From Leucoraja ocellata (Eukaryota), in contig JAWMAR010000006.1 of assembly GCA_036785375.1 (NCBI GenBank), positions 4,960,001 through 5,024,000 of the forward strand: a DNA stretch of 64,000 bases, in the 5' to 3' direction. Numbering within the stretch: position 1 is the first letter of the stretch; each line of letters opens with the position of its first letter. The notes beneath the pieces are model-generated. The model saw only the letters and a list, made by a program, of their open reading frames with translations, searched no databases and was not told the DNA's origin. A program made the translations under genes and the position numbers. This document shows, piece after piece, positions 49,939-63,189 of the stretch.

Positions 49939-50639
49939 GTTTCTTCCCATGTTCCACAAATGTGCAGATTAGTAGATTAATTAACCACTGTAAATTAGTA
50001 TGTAGGTGAGTGGTGGAATCTGAGGGAATTGATGGGGATTTGGGGAGATTAAAGATGGGTTGAGTGTAGGATTAGTGACATACTGATAGATAGCTTTAAC
50101 CTCATATCTGAAAGTCAGCGTCTATTAGCAATCAAACATGCTCTTAGATGTGTACTGAGTTGTTAGTATAGAAGCTTATGTGCTTCTTCACTTCATGGAA
50201 ATGTGCAAAACAGTGGATTTTTACAAAAATTCAATAGCTTCATTAGCTCTCTTACTGATTCCAGAATTGTCAGAGAGTCACAGAATTATATAGTACAGAA
50301 ACAGGCTTTTCAACCCACTTCCTCCATACAACCAAGGTGCCTATCTGAGCTTGTCCCATTTGGCTCCATTTGGCCCATATTTCTCTAAACCACAGTGTGG
50401 AAACACAGGCCCATCGGCCCGACTTATCCACACTGACCAACATCAATGTCCCATCTCACTAGTCCCACCTGCTTGCGTTTGACCCATATCTCTCTGAACC
50501 TATCCATGTACCTGTCTAAATATTTCTTAAATGTTGCAGATAGAAGCTGCTGAAAAGCTTGTTACATCTCTGTTTCTCCCTCTCTTTTTTCCCCTAACAC
50601 TCCTACTTTCCACCATGCGAAGGGCAAGAGAAAGATGCC

Positions 50640-50810
50640 CGTGGAGAATGAAAGAGAGAGACAGAGAGGAGTAAGATACAAGAAGCGAGGAGGAGGAGAA
50701 TGGACGGGCGGGAGATAGTGAAAGTGGGAAGGAGAAAGGGAAACAAAGAGAAAGAGGAGAAAGAGAGAAAGTGAAATAAGTAGAGAAATGGATAAACAGA
50801 GAGGGATGAT
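50640..50810. repeat. GA-rich low-complexity tract
   Basis: Direct observation. Confidence 0.8.
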
Positions 50811-51299
50811 GCCACATAAGGACTAATTTCTTGCTTATTTTAAATTCAAGTTGTTTTTGAAATGGGAGCTGATAGAAGCCATCATGTGGGGTTGATAGAT
50901 GAAGGGGGTTTGTTTTGAGTAGTGAAGATATGCAGGAGAATTTTGAATATGATGAAGTTTGCAGCAAATGGCAAAGGGGATCAGTTTTGATAAATTGCTC
51001 CTTTCAATTACACTCAACTAATCCGAGTATCAAATGTGGCTGAGCTGAGAAATTGTAAGTTTCAAGGTTTCGATTTGTTAAAATAAATACTATTATATGA
51101 AATTTCAATCATTGGAGCGTGTAAGTAATTGATACAAAATTTTGGTCCTTCACAGCATAAAACCCCGCTGGGCATGTTGAGCAGATAGTCAAATTTCTAA
51201 TTGTATGAACAAAACCTCAGCAGAAATGCATGAAGTGTGACAAGAAGTAATACAATACAACCTTATTTCTTAAAGTCAGTGCCGTTACTAAATAAGTGG

Positions 51300-51665
51300 A
51301 TCACTTCTCTCTCCATTCCTCCCACACCCTAGTCATCATACTAGTTACTCTGTCGTCCTGTTGAGTTTCACTTTCTGTATAACTTGTTGTCACCTAGACC
51401 ACAGCCAACAATGGACCATTGTGAGTTCCACCGTTTCTTGATCATCATTGTTTTTTGCATTCCTTTCATTCATTTGTTCTATATCCCCCTATATCACCGT
51501 CTATATGTCTTGTTTCCCTTTCCCTTGACTCTCAGTCTGAAGAAGGGTCTCGACCCAAATGTCACCAATTCCTTTTCTCCAGAAATGCTGTCTGACCAGC
51601 AGAGTTACTCCAGCTTTCTGTGTCTATCTTTGGTTTAAACCAACATTTGCAGTTCCTTCCTACAC
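51300..51665 (+). mobile_element. Penelope 3' UTR plus pLTR (hammerhead at 51537, GAAA mutated)
   Basis: CTCAGTCTGAAGAAGGGTCTCGACCCAAATGTCACC. Confidence 0.8.
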
Positions 51666-51899
51666 AGTGTTTTGATATAGACTTATTTGGGAGAATGGAT
51701 TGGTGATTTATTTGGTCAATGAGAAGATGCCTACCAAGGTACACCTCCAGTGGAAGCATTCCACATATTTGTATACTTCCGGGCACCAGCAAGTCTTGTA
51801 AAATGCATTGCACATTTTTCATAATAAAGTGCTGCTTTATGGTCCAAGATGATGTTAGAGACAAGAGATCAGCACAAGTGGTGGGCAATGAGGTGAATA

Positions 51900-52280
51900 C
51901 CTCATAGAAACTTACCGAATAGTGAAAGGCCTGGATAGAGTGAATGTGGAGATGATGTTTCTACTAGTGGGATAGCCTCTAGGATGAGAGGCCCAAGCCT
52001 CGTAATAAAAAGGCGTACCTTTAGAAAGGAGATGAATTTAGTCTGAGGGTGGTGAATCTGTGGAATTCGTTGCCACAGATGGCTGTGGAGGCCAAATCAA
52101 TGAATATTTTTAAGGCACAAATTGACATATTCTTGATTAGGAAGTGTGTCAGGGGTTATGGGGTGAAGGCAGGAGAATGGGGTTGAGAGGGAAATATAGA
52201 TCAGCCATGAATGAATGGCGGAGTAGACCTGATGGGCCGAATGGCCTAATTCTGTTCCTAGAACACATGAACTTATGAAC
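51900..52280 (+). mobile_element. CR1 3' end
   Basis: LIETYRIVKGLDRV..RVVNLWNSLPQMAVEAKS. Confidence 0.9.
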
Positions 52281-52764
52281 AGTCGATTGACAAATGCCCT
52301 TGTATGTAATAACTCTGGGAGACCTTTTCTGACTGGAGTAATGGGTAGATCTATTACATTGCCCTCAGCATAGAGTTTGGTGATCAGGCCTCACAATGAC
52401 ACTAGCTGCAGACAACTCACCTGTCAAGCTGGGGTAAATCGATGGAACAAATGTTTCAGGGACTTAGCCCTGGCAGCTGTGGATCACAGGAATCAGCAGA
52501 TCAATGTGCAGATAATTGGTAAGGGGTGGGGGAGAGGAATCATTAAAAGTCCTCTTATGAATGAATTTTGTGCAACATCCAGCGATCTATTTAAGCACAA
52601 TTAGTTTGCAGACATTTGCTAAACAAAAGGTTTATCCAGTGTTTAAAATTGCATTACTGATCTCTACTGTGCTATTTATAAACAAATCCTGAAGTTTGTT
52701 CACAGCAACTAGTCGGCCATCTCATGTCAGAGGTTAAATTAGCCGTGCAACAAGTTTCCACACC

Positions 52765-53105
52765 GTTCATAAGTTACAGATGCAAAATTAGGCCATTCAG
52801 CCCATTAAGTTTACTCCGCCATTCAATCTTGGCTGATCTATCCTTCTCAACCCCATTTCCCTGCCTTCTCCCCATAAGCCCTGACCGTTTATAATCAAGA
52901 ATCTGTCAATCTCTGCCTTAAAAGTATCCAATGACTTGGTCTCCACAGGCATCTGTGGCAATGAATTCCACAGATCCAGACAATGAATTCCACCCTCTGG
53001 CTAAAGACATTTCTCCTTATCTCCTTTCTAAAGGTACATCATTTAATTCTGAGGCTATGGCCCCTGGTCTTAGACCCTCCCACTAGTAGAAACATCCTCT
53101 CCAGT
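52765..53105 (-). mobile_element. CR1 3' end
   Basis: Reverse homologue of 51900-52280. Confidence 0.88.
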
Positions 53106-53202
53106 TCTAATCTCTGGAAACAGCCCTTAAAGGTTCACCCCATGATACTGGGAGTGTAGCAAGGAATGAATGCCTGCTCCACTGATGAAAGGGGATGATG
53201 GT

Positions 53203-53492
53203 TTTAGTTTAGTTTAGTTTAGAGATACACTGCGGTAACAGCCCCGCGACCCACCGAGTCCACACCGACCACCGACAATTTACATTCACACCAAGCCAAT
53301 TAACTTACAAACCTGTACGTCTTTGGAGTGTGGGAGGAAACCGAAGATCTCAGAGAAAACCCACGCAGGTCCCTGGTATAACGTACAAACTCCATACAGA
53401 CAGCATCCATGGTCAGGATTGAACCGCTGGTCAGGATCAAACCAAGGTCTTTGGCGCTGTAAGGGAGTAACACTACCACTAAGCCACTGTGC
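53203..53492 (-). mobile_element. V-SINE with duplicated B-box segment
   Basis: GGTCAGGATTGAACC..GGTCAGGATCAAACC. Confidence 0.88.
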
Positions 53493-53659
53493 TGGCCTAG
53501 AGTCCTTCCAGGGTGTAGGAGTGGTGCGGCCCAGAGTAAACAACATAGGCTTCTGAATTAAGAGACTTTCCCAGTGCAAAAAAGCGAGCATGGCTGGAAG
53601 TCATGGGAGATGTAATGAGGGCAGAAGCCTTATGTGAATCCCTATAGTTCTGAGAGTCA

Positions 53660-54520
53660 TAACGTCATATGTGATAGGACTAGAATTAGGCCATTCAGCC
53701 CATCATGCCTACTCCGCCATTCAACCATGGCTGATCTATCTCACCAACTAACCACATTCTCCTGCCTTCTTCTCATGACCTCCGACACCTGCACTAATCA
53801 AAAATCTATCTACCGCTTCAAAAACAGTTTCATTCCCACTGCAATTAACATTTTAAACTCTGTACGGTGAGGAATAAGAATAAGCATGGCCTTTATGTAT
53901 TATGTAATGTGTCTGTCTGTATGTATATCTATGTTATATGTTTAATGTTGGAACCTGTACCGAGCTGTACTGATAACAAATTCCACCAGCCTGGCTGTGT
54001 GGTCATTAAAATACAATACAATACAATACAATCTATCTCGGCCTTAAAAATATCCACTAACTTCGCCTCTACAGCCATCTGTGGCAAAGAATTCCACAGA
54101 TTCGCCGCCTTCTGACTAAAGGCATTTCTCCTCATCTACTTCCGAAAAGAATAACCTTTAATTCTAAGGCTACGACCTCTAGTCCTAGACTCTCCCACGA
54201 GTGGAAACATCCTCTCCACATCCACTCTATCGAAGCCTTTCACTATTCTGTGTGTTTCAATGCGGTCCCCCCTCATTCTTCTAAACTCCAACGAGTACAG
54301 GACCAGTGTCGACAACCCTCATCATATGTTAACCTACTCATTCCTGGGATCATTCTTGTAAACCTCCTCTGGACCCTCTCCAGAGCCAGTACATCTTTCC
54401 TCAGATATTGTGCACACAATCGCTCACAATACTCCAATTGCGACCTTACCAGCGCCTTATAGAACCTCGACATTACATTCCTGTTTTTGTATACAAGCCC
54501 TCTTGATTAAATGCTAGCAT
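53660..54520 (-). mobile_element. CR1 3' portion interrupted at 53812-54029
   Basis: YKALVRSQLEYC..YLRKDVLALERVQRRFTRMIPGM. Confidence 0.9.
53812..54029 (+). mobile_element. Rex1-type tail with (TACAA)n end and 9-bp TSD
   Basis: RFKNSFIPTAINILN; AATCTATCT at 53803-53811 and 54030-54038. Confidence 0.8.
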
Positions 54521-54803
54521 TGAGTTTGCTTTCTTTTCTATCGATTCGACTTGTAGTCAAATTGTGAATGCAAAGGTTGCATTCATGAAAAATTGGAGAA
54601 CGCTCACATTGCTGCCTGAACTATTCTTGACTTCTACAATACAGCAATGGGCAGCAGTGTGTTGCATGTCAGCCGAGACAGCCTGTAAGGATCCTGAGGC
54701 AAGTTCTCCGAGAGTAAGGTGACCCTGTCTTCGAGGCAAAGTCTTTTGCTCCTGAAGGTTTGTTTGTCTAGTAAACAAACACCTGCCTGGAGTGCTCTCA
54801 AAC

Positions 54804-54819
54804 TCAAGGTCAGGGTCAC
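54804..54819 (+). promoter_or_regulatory. Nuclear-receptor site TCAAGGTCAGGGTCA
   Basis: Exact 16-mer reverse complement of 44397-44412. Confidence 0.4.
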
Positions 54820-55270
54820 TCTTACTCCGAGAACCTTGCCACAGCATCACCACAGGCTGCCTCCACTGAGATGTACCACTTATGACACTCTGCCCCTCAC
54901 CACTGCTTTACAGGAGTCAAAGCGTGCACAGTCAGCGATGTGAGCAACATTCCATGTTTCACTCTTGCATCCACAAGGGCCATTTTGCTGCAGTGAAGTC
55001 TGCTTAAATATTCTTGGCATTTACAGAGAGCACCTGCCCTCACCTCACCTCCCTCACCCTTCCCTTGCCATGAACGCCACCTCTTTTGTAAGATGTCTTC
55101 CTCTTGTGATTTTCTTACTTCCAATCTCAAGAACACGGAATCACTTTATACTGTGTCAGATGGCTGCTAAAGATAGAAGACGTGTTTCTGAACTTCCATC
55201 TTGCAGCTGCCTGGTCCACAATGAAAAGAAGGCTGGTGAATGGACAAACATTGCCTTGCCTTTTTCTGTC

Positions 55271-56010
55271 TTTAGTTTAGTTTAGTTTAGAGATACAGCA
55301 CAGAAACAATAGACAATAGATACAATAGACAATAGGTGCAGGAGTAGGTCATTCGGCCCTTTGAGCCAGCACCACCATTCAATGTGATCATGGCTGATCA
55401 TCCCCAATCAGTACCCCGTTCCTGCCTTCTCCCCATAACCCCTGACTCCACTATTTTTAAGAGCCCTATCTAGCTCTCTCTTGAAAGCATCCAGAGAACC
55501 CGCCTCCACCGCCCTCTGAGGCAGAGAATTCCACACTCACCACTCTCTGTGAGGAAAAGTGTTTCCTCGTCTCCGTTCTAAATGGCTTACTCCTTATTCT
55601 TAAACTGTAGCCCCTAGTTCTGGACTCACCCAACCGGGAACATGTTTCCTGCCTCTAGCATGTCCAAACCCTTAGCAATCTTATATGTTTCAGTGAGATT
55701 CCCTCTCATCCTCCTAAACTCCACAGTGTACAAGCCCAGCTGCTCCATTCTCCCAGCCCTTTGGCCCACTGAGTCCGCACCGGCCAGCGATCCCCACACA
55801 TTAACATTATCCTACACACACAAAGGACAAATTACACAAACACCAAGCCAATTAGCCTACTAACCTGTACATCTTTGGAGTGTGGGGGGGAAATGCATGC
55901 GGTCATGGGGAGAGCATACAAAATCCGTACAGACAGCACCGTAGTTGAGATTAAACTCGAGTCTCCGGTGCTGCAAGCGCTGTAAGGGAGCAACTCTACC
56001 GCTGCACCAC
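55271..56010 (-). mobile_element. V-SINE split by a CR1 3' end (55306-55750)
   Basis: SINE tail 55271-55305, body 55755-56010; CR1 with (CAATAGA)n tail between. Confidence 0.88.
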
Positions 56011-57049
56011 CATCATATGAAATGATGTATTAATATTTGGACACCCCTACCTCTCTTTATAAGTTCCTGTCCAAAAGAGAGTGCAGACGATGAGGGAGAA
56101 TAACCATTTCAGATGGGTAAGCTGACGAAGGGAGATGGTAGGTGGTGACTGAGGTCCTGAGTTTGGATCCGTCTGGATGAGGTCTGTGCAACACTCAATC
56201 TCCGATTGCAAGAGAGATGTGCTGATCCTTTCAATAATAATTTGAGCCTTCCCTGCTACTGAAGGGGTTTCAGTGAGAGAAGAGCAAAGCTATGATTCAG
56301 ACCAACGTAGTTGAAAATAAATTAAATTTGGTAGTCACACAACTCCTGATGCCATTGGATGCTAGAGCAATGTTGCAGGGGTGTATGAAGTCCTTACACG
56401 ACGTCCCTGCCTGATTACCTTACTCATAAATATGCACAAAATGAGTTAACATTGGATTAACATAATTACTATCTACACGACTCTGCTTCTATTATTTTAA
56501 GAGCACTGTTAAGAAAAATATCAAGGCCTTTATTTTTGTTTCGTCAGCCCATCTGTCCAAGGACAAATGAAGTTCTGAAATATCAAGCTTCAAAATATAT
56601 TCAAAGATCCTGAAATGAGAGTTTGATGACTCAAGTCTAAAGCGATGGTTGATCAATGCTTGCGCCAGACAGGCCTGAGATGGTAAGGAGATTGGATGTG
56701 TCCTGCTGTTGCCATGTCCACAATGAAAAGAAGGCAGGTGACAGGACCAAAGTTGCTTTATCATTTCTGTCACACAACATAATCTATTAACATCTGGACA
56801 GCTCGGCCTTTGCTTATAAATTCCTTTCCCAACAGCTCTAATGACCGTTCAGTCTACAAGGGAGAATCACCCTCATGAAATGGTTCTTCCACAAAGGATA
56901 TTACCTATAGATGTTACCAATAAACCATTTAATGAGCATATCCTCATGTTGGAAAATGGTAAATAAGCACTCAACATGTTTCTGAATGTTCCCTGCAAAG
57001 CTTTGCCATTATGCGCAGATGCATATTCAGGCCATGGACAGGCTTGGAA

Positions 57050-57420
57050 TGCATAGAGTCATAGAATGATAGTGATACAGTGTGGAAACAGGTACTTCAG
57101 CCCAACTTGCCCATTCTGACCAACATGTTCCATTTGTACTCGTCCCACGCCTGCATTTGGTCCATATCCCTCTAAACCCGTCCTATTCTCTTCCTGTCTA
57201 ATTGGTTCTTGAATGTTACGATCATCTCTACCTCAACTACCTCCTCTGGCAGCTCGTTCCATACACCCACCAGACTTTACATGAAAAAGTTACCCCTCAG
57301 ATTCCTAATAAAATCTTTCCCTCATCACCTTAAACCTATGCCCTCTGGTTCACGATTCCCTCATTCTGGGCAAGATATTCTGTGCGTCCACCCGATCTAT
57401 TCCTCTCATGATTTTATACA
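57050..57420 (-). mobile_element. CR1 3' end
   Basis: CATAGAGTCATAG tail; minus strand YKIMRGIDRVDAQ. Confidence 0.85.
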
Positions 57421-58119
57421 CCTTGGCATGTTGACACCTTGGTATGGCATGTTGACTGTAGCAGATCTATGAAAGGTAGTTTGGGAGATTTGTGCTGAGC
57501 CACCATTAGAGTAAGTTCGGACTCCCGACTCTGAACACCAGTAATCAACCAGTGGCAACCTTCAAAATGTCCTTGAGTCGAAGGCTGTGCTTTGTACACT
57601 CAATTTTGTTTTTAATCACCTTCCAACAAATTGCATTGGCAGTGAATTTTATGTTAAAAGTTTCTATGGTGGCAGCAAAAGAGTAGAGATAATTAGGTAA
57701 TTTGCCTTTTAACCCAGCCAGCTGACCACACTGGCAAAGGTGACTGAAAATGATATGATGCATGCAATTTTTACTTCTCCTCGCTGCTCTGCATTTATTA
57801 GGAGATGTTGCTGTCATGTTGGTCATCAGTTTAGCTTCCTATGGTCATTAAATAGAACTGAGGGAGCTGACTTTACTTGGTCACTGTGAAAACAGTCTTC
57901 AGCCCAGCTTGCCTCCAACAAAGAGTGTTGAGAGACAATCTGGTCCAGACATTGGGACACATGGCACTGCTTTCTAAATGCTACGTGTATTGATTTTCTT
58001 TCTGGCATGGGACGTAATTACAAGTATTTCCAAGTCACATTGCGGCACTCTGAAAATGTGGCCATAAATTCCATTTGGAAATTGTGCTTCTACAATGAGG
58101 AGTGCGGCCCATGCAGACA

Positions 58120-58390
58120 TTTGTAGACCCAGGTTCAGTTCTGACTATGGATCCTGTCTGTACGGAGTTTGTACGTCTCCCTGTGGCCTGTGTGGGTTTT
58201 CTCTGGGTGCTCTGGTTTTCAGTGACACTCCAAAGACGTACAGATTTGTAGGCTAATTGGCTTGGTATATTTGTAAATTGTCCCCCGTCTGTGTAGGATG
58301 GTGTTAGTGTATGGGGATAGCTGGTCGGCACGGACTCGGTAGGCTGAAAGGCCTGTTTCCGCACTGTATCTCTAAACTAATGTAAACTAA
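58120..58390 (+). mobile_element. V-SINE, 5' truncated
   Basis: Consensus match. Confidence 0.88.
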
Positions 58391-58819
58391 GCATGGTTCT
58401 GAGCTGCACCTGCCTTACATACTTTCAAAACAGCCAGCTCTTAATGGGGCCATTTTCTCTATGAGCTGTGTTGTTTATTGATGGGCTCATGAGCAGGTCC
58501 CAGACCATTCTGTGAACATGATAAAGGTAAGCCCTCTTCATTTAAATTATTTACCTTCTGTTCATGCCAACTTCCACATTCACTACTCAAAGACTGACCT
58601 AGTCTTCAACCTCCATCCTACCAATCTCCTGACCTCTGCTGGGCATCTGCAAGCATCCACTGTCCTGCACCTCCTCCAGGCCAATACATGGCAGGCTTCT
58701 ACTTCACCCTGACCGTTCTTAGTTTTAACCCATTTAATCTGAACTGGCCCCACATGGTTGTTTGACCCCACCATGGTCCCAAACGATGCTTCACAGTCAC
58801 TGCCCTGGCCCCACCTTTC

Positions 58820-59040
58820 GTGATGCTTCCAAGATGGCGTCCAACCCAGGCGACTATTTGTGTGCTAGCCACAGAAGCAGATCTACAATCACATATTACA
58901 ATCGCTTCACACTTTTAAATCTGTACATTGTAAATGGCTCGATTGTAATCATGTATTGTCTTCACGCTGACTGCTTAGCACACAACAAAAGCTTTACACT
59001 GTACCTCGGTACCTGTACCTGTACTACTAAAACAAAACCA
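58820..59040 (+). mobile_element. Short bipartite element: YY1-motif head plus Rex1 tail
   Basis: CAAGATGGCG at 58830; tail similar to 25280-25397. Confidence 0.55.
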
Positions 59041-59894
59041 TCCCTAGACTTACCTGTAGTTTTCCATTCTCCGTTATGCACTGTACAATAGCAAAATACT
59101 TCAAGGAGTAAGGGCCATTCAGTAGCCTCAGGCTCTTGGATCTACCTCCATGAATATTTTTTTTAAGCAATGATGATCAAAATCGCTTAGCAATAGATAA
59201 CTGCACCTCTGTGAATGCCATAGATTTTCCAAAAAAAGAAAACACTAAAATATGCAAACACATTTCTAAATAAACCAGCAGGGTAAAGAATTTCAGATGA
59301 ACATATAACTACATTCATTATTAATAGTCAAAAATAATGATATGCATCATGACATCTTCAGCTTATCAATTTGGGCAGTCACGTCACATTAAATTGACAT
59401 CCAGCCATCCAATTCTAATTACTGTTTAATATAATATTTGGAAATAATTTACAACCTGATGCATTCTCTCATATCAAAATGTCAGAGTTGCATCAGAGAA
59501 GGTTTGACCATAGGGATAACATTTGGAGAGATATTCTATTTCTGCCTTTAGTTCTATATATTGATGTAATTGCAGTGTTGGCACTGGCTCAAAAAAGCTC
59601 TGGAGTCTCTTGTTCATTTATCAAGAGCAGACGTATCTAAGACTGCATATGGAAAGCATTTATTTCAATGGAACAGTGATTTATACCATGAGGGATCATT
59701 TCAAAATTAAATATGAATTGAAATTGGACTGTCCATAGAGAGAATGTAAAACTAAAATAATCGTTGTAAGTGCCGAGCAGTTTTCTCCGAATGCATTGTT
59801 GTTGAAGCTTTTACATGCCACCAGCAATGAGGTAAAATTAAATAAGGCAAAGTAATACAAGTGAAATAACCCTCATGAGGATTAAAATAACATA

Positions 59895-60540
59895 GTCATA
59901 GTCATAGAGTCATACAGCACGGAAACATGCCCTTCGGCCCAGCTTGTCCATGCCAACCAAGCTGCCCCATTTACACCAGATGGACACAAAATGCTGGGGT
60001 AATTCAGTGGGACAGGCGGTATCTCTGGAGAGAAGGAATGGGTGATGTTTCGGATCGAGACCCTTCTTCATCTACACTAGTCTAATCTGCATTTGGCCCC
60101 TATCCCAATAAATCTTTCCTATCCATGTACCCACCCAATGTCTTTTAAATGTTCTTATAGTATCTGCCTCAACTACCTCCACTGGCAGCTCATCCCATGT
60201 ACTCACCACCCTCTCTGTGAAAAAGTTATTCCACAGATTCATATTAAATCTTTCCCTTCCCACCTTAAACCTATGTCCTCTAGTTTTTGATGCCAATCAC
60301 CTACTCTGGGCAAAAGACTCTGTGCATCTACTCTATCTATTCCTCTCATGATCATTTTCAACTCTCTAAGATCGCACCTCAGATTCCTGCACTCCAAGGA
60401 ATAAAGTCCTAGTCTGCCTAACCTCTCCATATAACTCGGGCCAACTTCAGAAATCTACCATGCACTCTTTCCAGCTTAGCTGCTAAAGCAGGCTGTCAAA
60501 ATTCAACACAATACTGTAAATGTTGCTTCACCCATATCAT
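59895..60540 (-). mobile_element. CR1 3' portion interrupted by a pLTR insert
   Basis: ERLGRLGLYSLE..IMRGIDRVDAQSL..TRGHRFKV..NNFFTERVV. Confidence 0.88.
59980..60068 (-). mobile_element. pLTR/hammerhead insert with 12-bp TSD
   Basis: CATTTACACCAG (59968-59979) / CATCTACACTAG (60069-60080). Confidence 0.82.
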
Positions 60541-61019
60541 TTCCTACAACTTTAGGCTGTGCACGCCATACGCAAGAAGAAGACCCATGTAGTTCACCAA
60601 TGGTCACTAACCTTCCACCGTTCACAACTCTTCTATTGGCATTATATAGGTTTAAGTTTATTGTTGTAGTAGGTACAGTGCAAAGCTTTTCTTTGCATAC
60701 TCTGCAGATCAGATCAGATCAGATTTATTACAATGAATAAAATCGTCAAACTCATGTAGAGCAAAAGGGAAGATACAGAGTGCAGAATATAGTGCTCAGC
60801 ATTTTTGACTAACCTCATGGGCTGCTGTTGAGCACAAAATTAGCATGATTTTACCACTTTTGATTGACAAGGTCAATAGACCGATCATGTTGCAGATGCA
60901 AGGACAGGCAGGAATTTGACAACTTTCAGCTTGTACTTTTTGTCAACCTTAATTTCAGAGGGTGCAGATAAATAATCAATAGCAATCATTCATGGAGATC
61001 CATCTAGACAGTCATCAAG

Positions 61020-61300
61020 CAGCATCCACTAATCCCACCCTGACCTCATTTTATTCCCCCCACATTCCAATTAATTTCCTTCATATTCTTTCACCTCCGG
61101 CATGAGGGTCAATTTTACCTTGGCCAATTCATCAGCCTATCTGTATATCTTTGGGATGTGGGAGGAAACCAGAGGATGTGCTGGAAGACCACATGGTCAT
61201 AAACAAAATGTATACTCCACATGGACAGCACCAGATGTTGTGATTGAACCAAGACTACTGGAGTAACACAGCAACAGTTCCAGCAGCTGTGCATTGTGCC
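61020..61300 (-). mobile_element. Old V-SINE
   Basis: CTTTGGGATGTGGGAGGAAACCAGAG..GACAGCACC. Confidence 0.7.
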
Positions 61301-61745
61301 ACCCCATTCATTCAGGTTCCTGCCTCCACAACCACTATGCTGCCCATTACCATGGCTACCATTACCACTACATCCACGGAATTTAGTTTGAAAGAAAGCC
61401 CTGAAAATAATCTCTCATCTCAACACCCAAAGTGCTATGTTATGTGGAGAATGCATTCTTTGTTAGCGGCACTTAAACCCTTAACCTCCATTAACAAGAA
61501 GGGCAGTGCAAGAGATGAATACGAACACTGCCTCTTCTGAGTCACCCGCCTTCCTGGCACGGAAATTTATCGATGTGATACTCTGTGAAGCTCTTCATCT
61601 TCCTAGACAATCTCATGACTTGCAGCTCTCCAATTCACCTGTGCATGAGCTATTCCATGATCTGGACAGAGCAAGGTTAAGGTGCAGTGACAAGGGGATT
61701 TAAGACCATTGGGGAAACAAGTTCAGGTGCTCAGTCTGAGCACAA

Positions 61746-61969
61746 NNNNNNNNNNNNNNNNNNNNNNNNNNNNNNNNNNNNNNNNNNNNNNNNNNNNNNN
61801 NNNNNNNNNNNNNNNNNNNNNNNNNNNNNNNNNNNNNNNNNNNNNNNNNNNNNNNNNNNNNNNNNNNNNNNNNNNNNNNNNNNNNNNNNNNNNNNNNNNN
61901 NNNNNNNNNNNNNNNNNNNNNNNNNNNNNNNNNNNNNNNNNNNNNNNNNNNNNNNNNNNNNNNNNNNNN
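61746..61969. other. Assembly gap
   Basis: Run of N. Confidence 1.
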
Positions 61970-63189
61970 CAGGTTCACACCTATTTTCTATAGGTAAACT
62001 ATGAATGGGAAATACATACCAATCCTTATAGTTAAACTCATGTTCTGAAATCAATATTTTTGAAGCTTTTACAAGTAATTGTTTTCTGCAGAAGTCTCTG
62101 AAATCCTGAACAAAGAATCTGATTAAAATATTGACACATTCCTTGACACACTCTGATTCAAGGTAATTGATTCGGGATGGGCAGATTAAGAGAATTAAGA
62201 TTGTTTGCTGGGAACAATGCTAAGATTACAGAATACAAAGTAAAAGAAAAGAACAAGTAGGGAATTCCTGAAGATTGGGACAAGGCATCTGAAGATATTC
62301 CACCAAGAGAGATAAGATCTGGAGCCAAGCACACGGAGGCCTGGATCATAAGGGAGTAGAGGAGAGGTTTCAGAAATAAGCTAGGCCAAATCCATAGAGA
62401 ATTTCTTAAACCTAAGCAATGCTTTGATGCTGGGTAGACTAACCATTTCTCAATCTCATTCTTAATATGGTTTTTATTCTATGAAATGCGCCAACTGGCA
62501 AGAGTGTTAATGGTAATGTCAATCAAATAGTGTTCCTCTTTCAACAAAATTAGACAGATTTATTGCAATAAACATGTAGGTTATTAATGTTTGCCTTATT
62601 TGGCTGAGGATGAAGGAAGCAGGTGTGTTTTCCTCTGGAATGCATTATTTGAGGAAGAGAGGGATTTTGTATTTTGGTGGCACAACAATCTGCTAGTGTT
62701 ATCCACTCAAATAAAGAGAAATAAAAGCGAGCTTTAGTTTGGAAAAGGGACAATTCTAAGTCATGCAAAATGAACCAAATAAGATCAGTTGCAGTAGTCA
62801 TTTGCAAATTCCCTCATTACAGACTACAAGCATTCTTGATGTTCTTCCTTCTTTTGCATTTCAGGCCCTTTCATTTTCTAAAGAAGTCAACCCTGATGCA
62901 TGGATTCAATTGCAACTTTTCTTCGGCCAATCTCAAGGCGGCAACAAAACTTCGCTAGACCATTGCAGTTTTAACCTACTGTGTGCCACAGGTGAACAGT
63001 GCACCCACAGATGCTCCGTCTCTAGTGATATCCAGGAGTTAAACTCATATTTTAAAAGCTGGACAGCACAAGAAAAATGTGCTTCTCCTACTGGGAAGAA
63101 AATCGGTTTGTAGTCAGAAATGGACCAAGGGGTAAATTGTTTTGTTTCCTTTCCTTATGGACAAGAGGATCTGAATGCTCCACTATAAT

